DNA from: Desulfatiglandales bacterium
GTDB taxonomy: Bacteria; Desulfobacterota; DSM-4660; Desulfatiglandales; HGW-15
NCBI GenBank assembly: GCA_963667015.2
Contig: CAXXJJ010000004.1
Span: 1,984,001 to 2,048,000, forward strand
Direction of reading: 5' to 3'
DNA length: 64,000 nt
A program made the position numbers and the translations under genes. The notes under the pieces were generated by a model. It ran no database searches. It was not told the DNA's origin and saw nothing but the letters and a program-made list of their open reading frames with translations. How positions within the stretch are numbered: position 1 is the stretch's first letter; every line of letters starts with the position of its first letter. Of the stretch, positions 62,961-64,000 are shown piece after piece.

Positions 62961-64000
62961 TCACTTTTTTCTAATCAGGATATTGACCTCGGCTCCTCCT
63001 TCAGGATGGTTATGCCCATTAATGCTGCCTTTTAATCCTTCAACAATCTGTTTAACGATAGCCAAACCCAGCCCGGACCCCTCTTCCTTGGTAGTAAAGA
63101 AAGGGGAAAACATTTGATCCAGAGCCCTTTCAGAAAAACCTTTACCTGAATCCCTGACTGTGATTTCTGCCATATCTGTTTCTTCTCCTCCCTGGCTGTC
63201 AACTGTAACTGATTTTGTACCTATAAAGAGGATACCTTTTTCAGGCACAGCCTCTACAGCATTCAGCAGTATATTCCAGATTACCTGCCTGACCTGTTCC
63301 GGATCAGATACAATCTTTTCAATACTATCCAGATCTGTTTTTAACTCAATGTTTTTTTTCCATTTACCACTGTTTTTTAAAAGTTCAAGAGACTCAGTTA
63401 TCATCTGTTTAAGATTGAATTCACGGAGTTCAAGGGGCTTTGGCCTTGCATACTTTAAAAAATCATTTATCAGATGATTCAGCCTGTCAATCTCCCGCAG
63501 AATAATATCCATTAACCTTCTATTGACTTCATCAGTATCCATTCCTTCTCTAAGCATCTGGATCGATCCGCTTATTGATGCCATTGGATTTCTGATCTCA
63601 TGGGCAATACCGGCGGCCAGCTCTCCCACAAGTGCGAGTCCTTCGACCCTTTTCATCTCTTTTTCGATTTCCGTCATCTCGGTTACATCCTGAAACAGCA
63701 GAATATTACCCCTCTGGTCAGTATCAGGAATAATCAATGGAGACATAAAATACCTGAGTGAAAGTATCACTCCATTTTCATTCTGATATTTAATATCACT
63801 ATATTTTTGAGATATAGATGGGGTGATTGTATTATTTTCCCGGGTTTCTGAAAGATAACTGTCAATTATGGGAAGTATATCCGGAATCTTTTTCCCAATA
63901 ACTTCGTTACCTGCTAAACCGAATATTTTCTCGGAAGAAGGATTAAACAGTATTATTCGTTTCTGTTCGTCAATTGCTATCAATCCTGAGGTTATGCTGC
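62961..64000 (-). CDS. PilS/NtrB-like PAS sensor histidine kinase (5' end beyond the window)
   Basis: Frame stays open to the window edge; LAAGIAHEIRNP, NILLNA, DSG.G, PFFTTK..GSGLGL. Confidence 0.88.
   Translation of the reverse strand, partial: SITSGLIAIDEQKRIILFNPSSEKIFGLAGNEVIGKKIPDILPIIDSYLSETRENNTITPSISQKYSDIKYQNENGVILSLRYFMSPLIIPDTDQRGNILLFQDVTEMTEIEKEMKRVEGLALVGELAAGIAHEIRNPMASISGSIQMLREGMDTDEVNRRLMDIILREIDRLNHLINDFLKYARPKPLELREFNLKQMITESLELLKNSGKWKKNIELKTDLDSIEKIVSDPEQVRQVIWNILLNAVEAVPEKGILFIGTKSVTVDSQGGEETDMAEITVRDSGKGFSERALDQMFSPFFTTKEEGSGLGLAIVKQIVEGLKGSINGHNHPEGGAEVNILIRKK

Noticed and set aside
1..64000. Many short antisense or alternative-frame ORFs in the ORF track; CRISPR, tRNA, rRNA and IS elements
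   Set aside because: The short ORFs overlap well-supported genes and lack motifs; no repeat-spacer arrays, cloverleafs or transposase motifs were seen

Overview
A 64-kb, roughly 40% GC bacterial chromosomal segment. Gene content and order suggest a deltaproteobacterium (Desulfobacterota-like); this is an inference. Bases 1-15.6 kb hold a complete chemosensory cluster behind a sigma54-type promoter: cytoplasmic MCP-like protein, STAS, cheY, cheA, an unusual exported Cache + CheD-like fusion, MCP, an internally deleted mini-cheW, MCP, cheW, cheR, cheB, cheD. It is followed by a hybrid kinase, a gctAB-like CoA-transferase operon with a degenerate CoA-transferase/GNAT fusion, a rhodanese-ferritin/FAD-oxidoreductase pair, an orphan secreted GH115, and an Irc3-like helicase. 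The rest comprises the xseA-M23-xseB-ispA-dxs-tlyA operon, an MFS-nitroreductase-AOR-MFS block, housekeeping genes, an ECF sigma/anti-sigma/DegP module with matching promoters, hisS-aspS, UDP-uronate genes, a Ser/Thr kinase-PP2C-FHA operon, rng, a radical SAM fusion and a truncated PilS-like kinase. No rRNA, tRNA, CRISPR array or transposase was recognised. The best candidate for an undescribed system is the signal-peptide-bearing Cache/CheD-fold Cys-His hydrolase (5595-7118) inside the che operon, whose CheA also carries an MshEN-like (c-di-GMP-binding) insert. All calls come from motif reading by eye; no searches were run.
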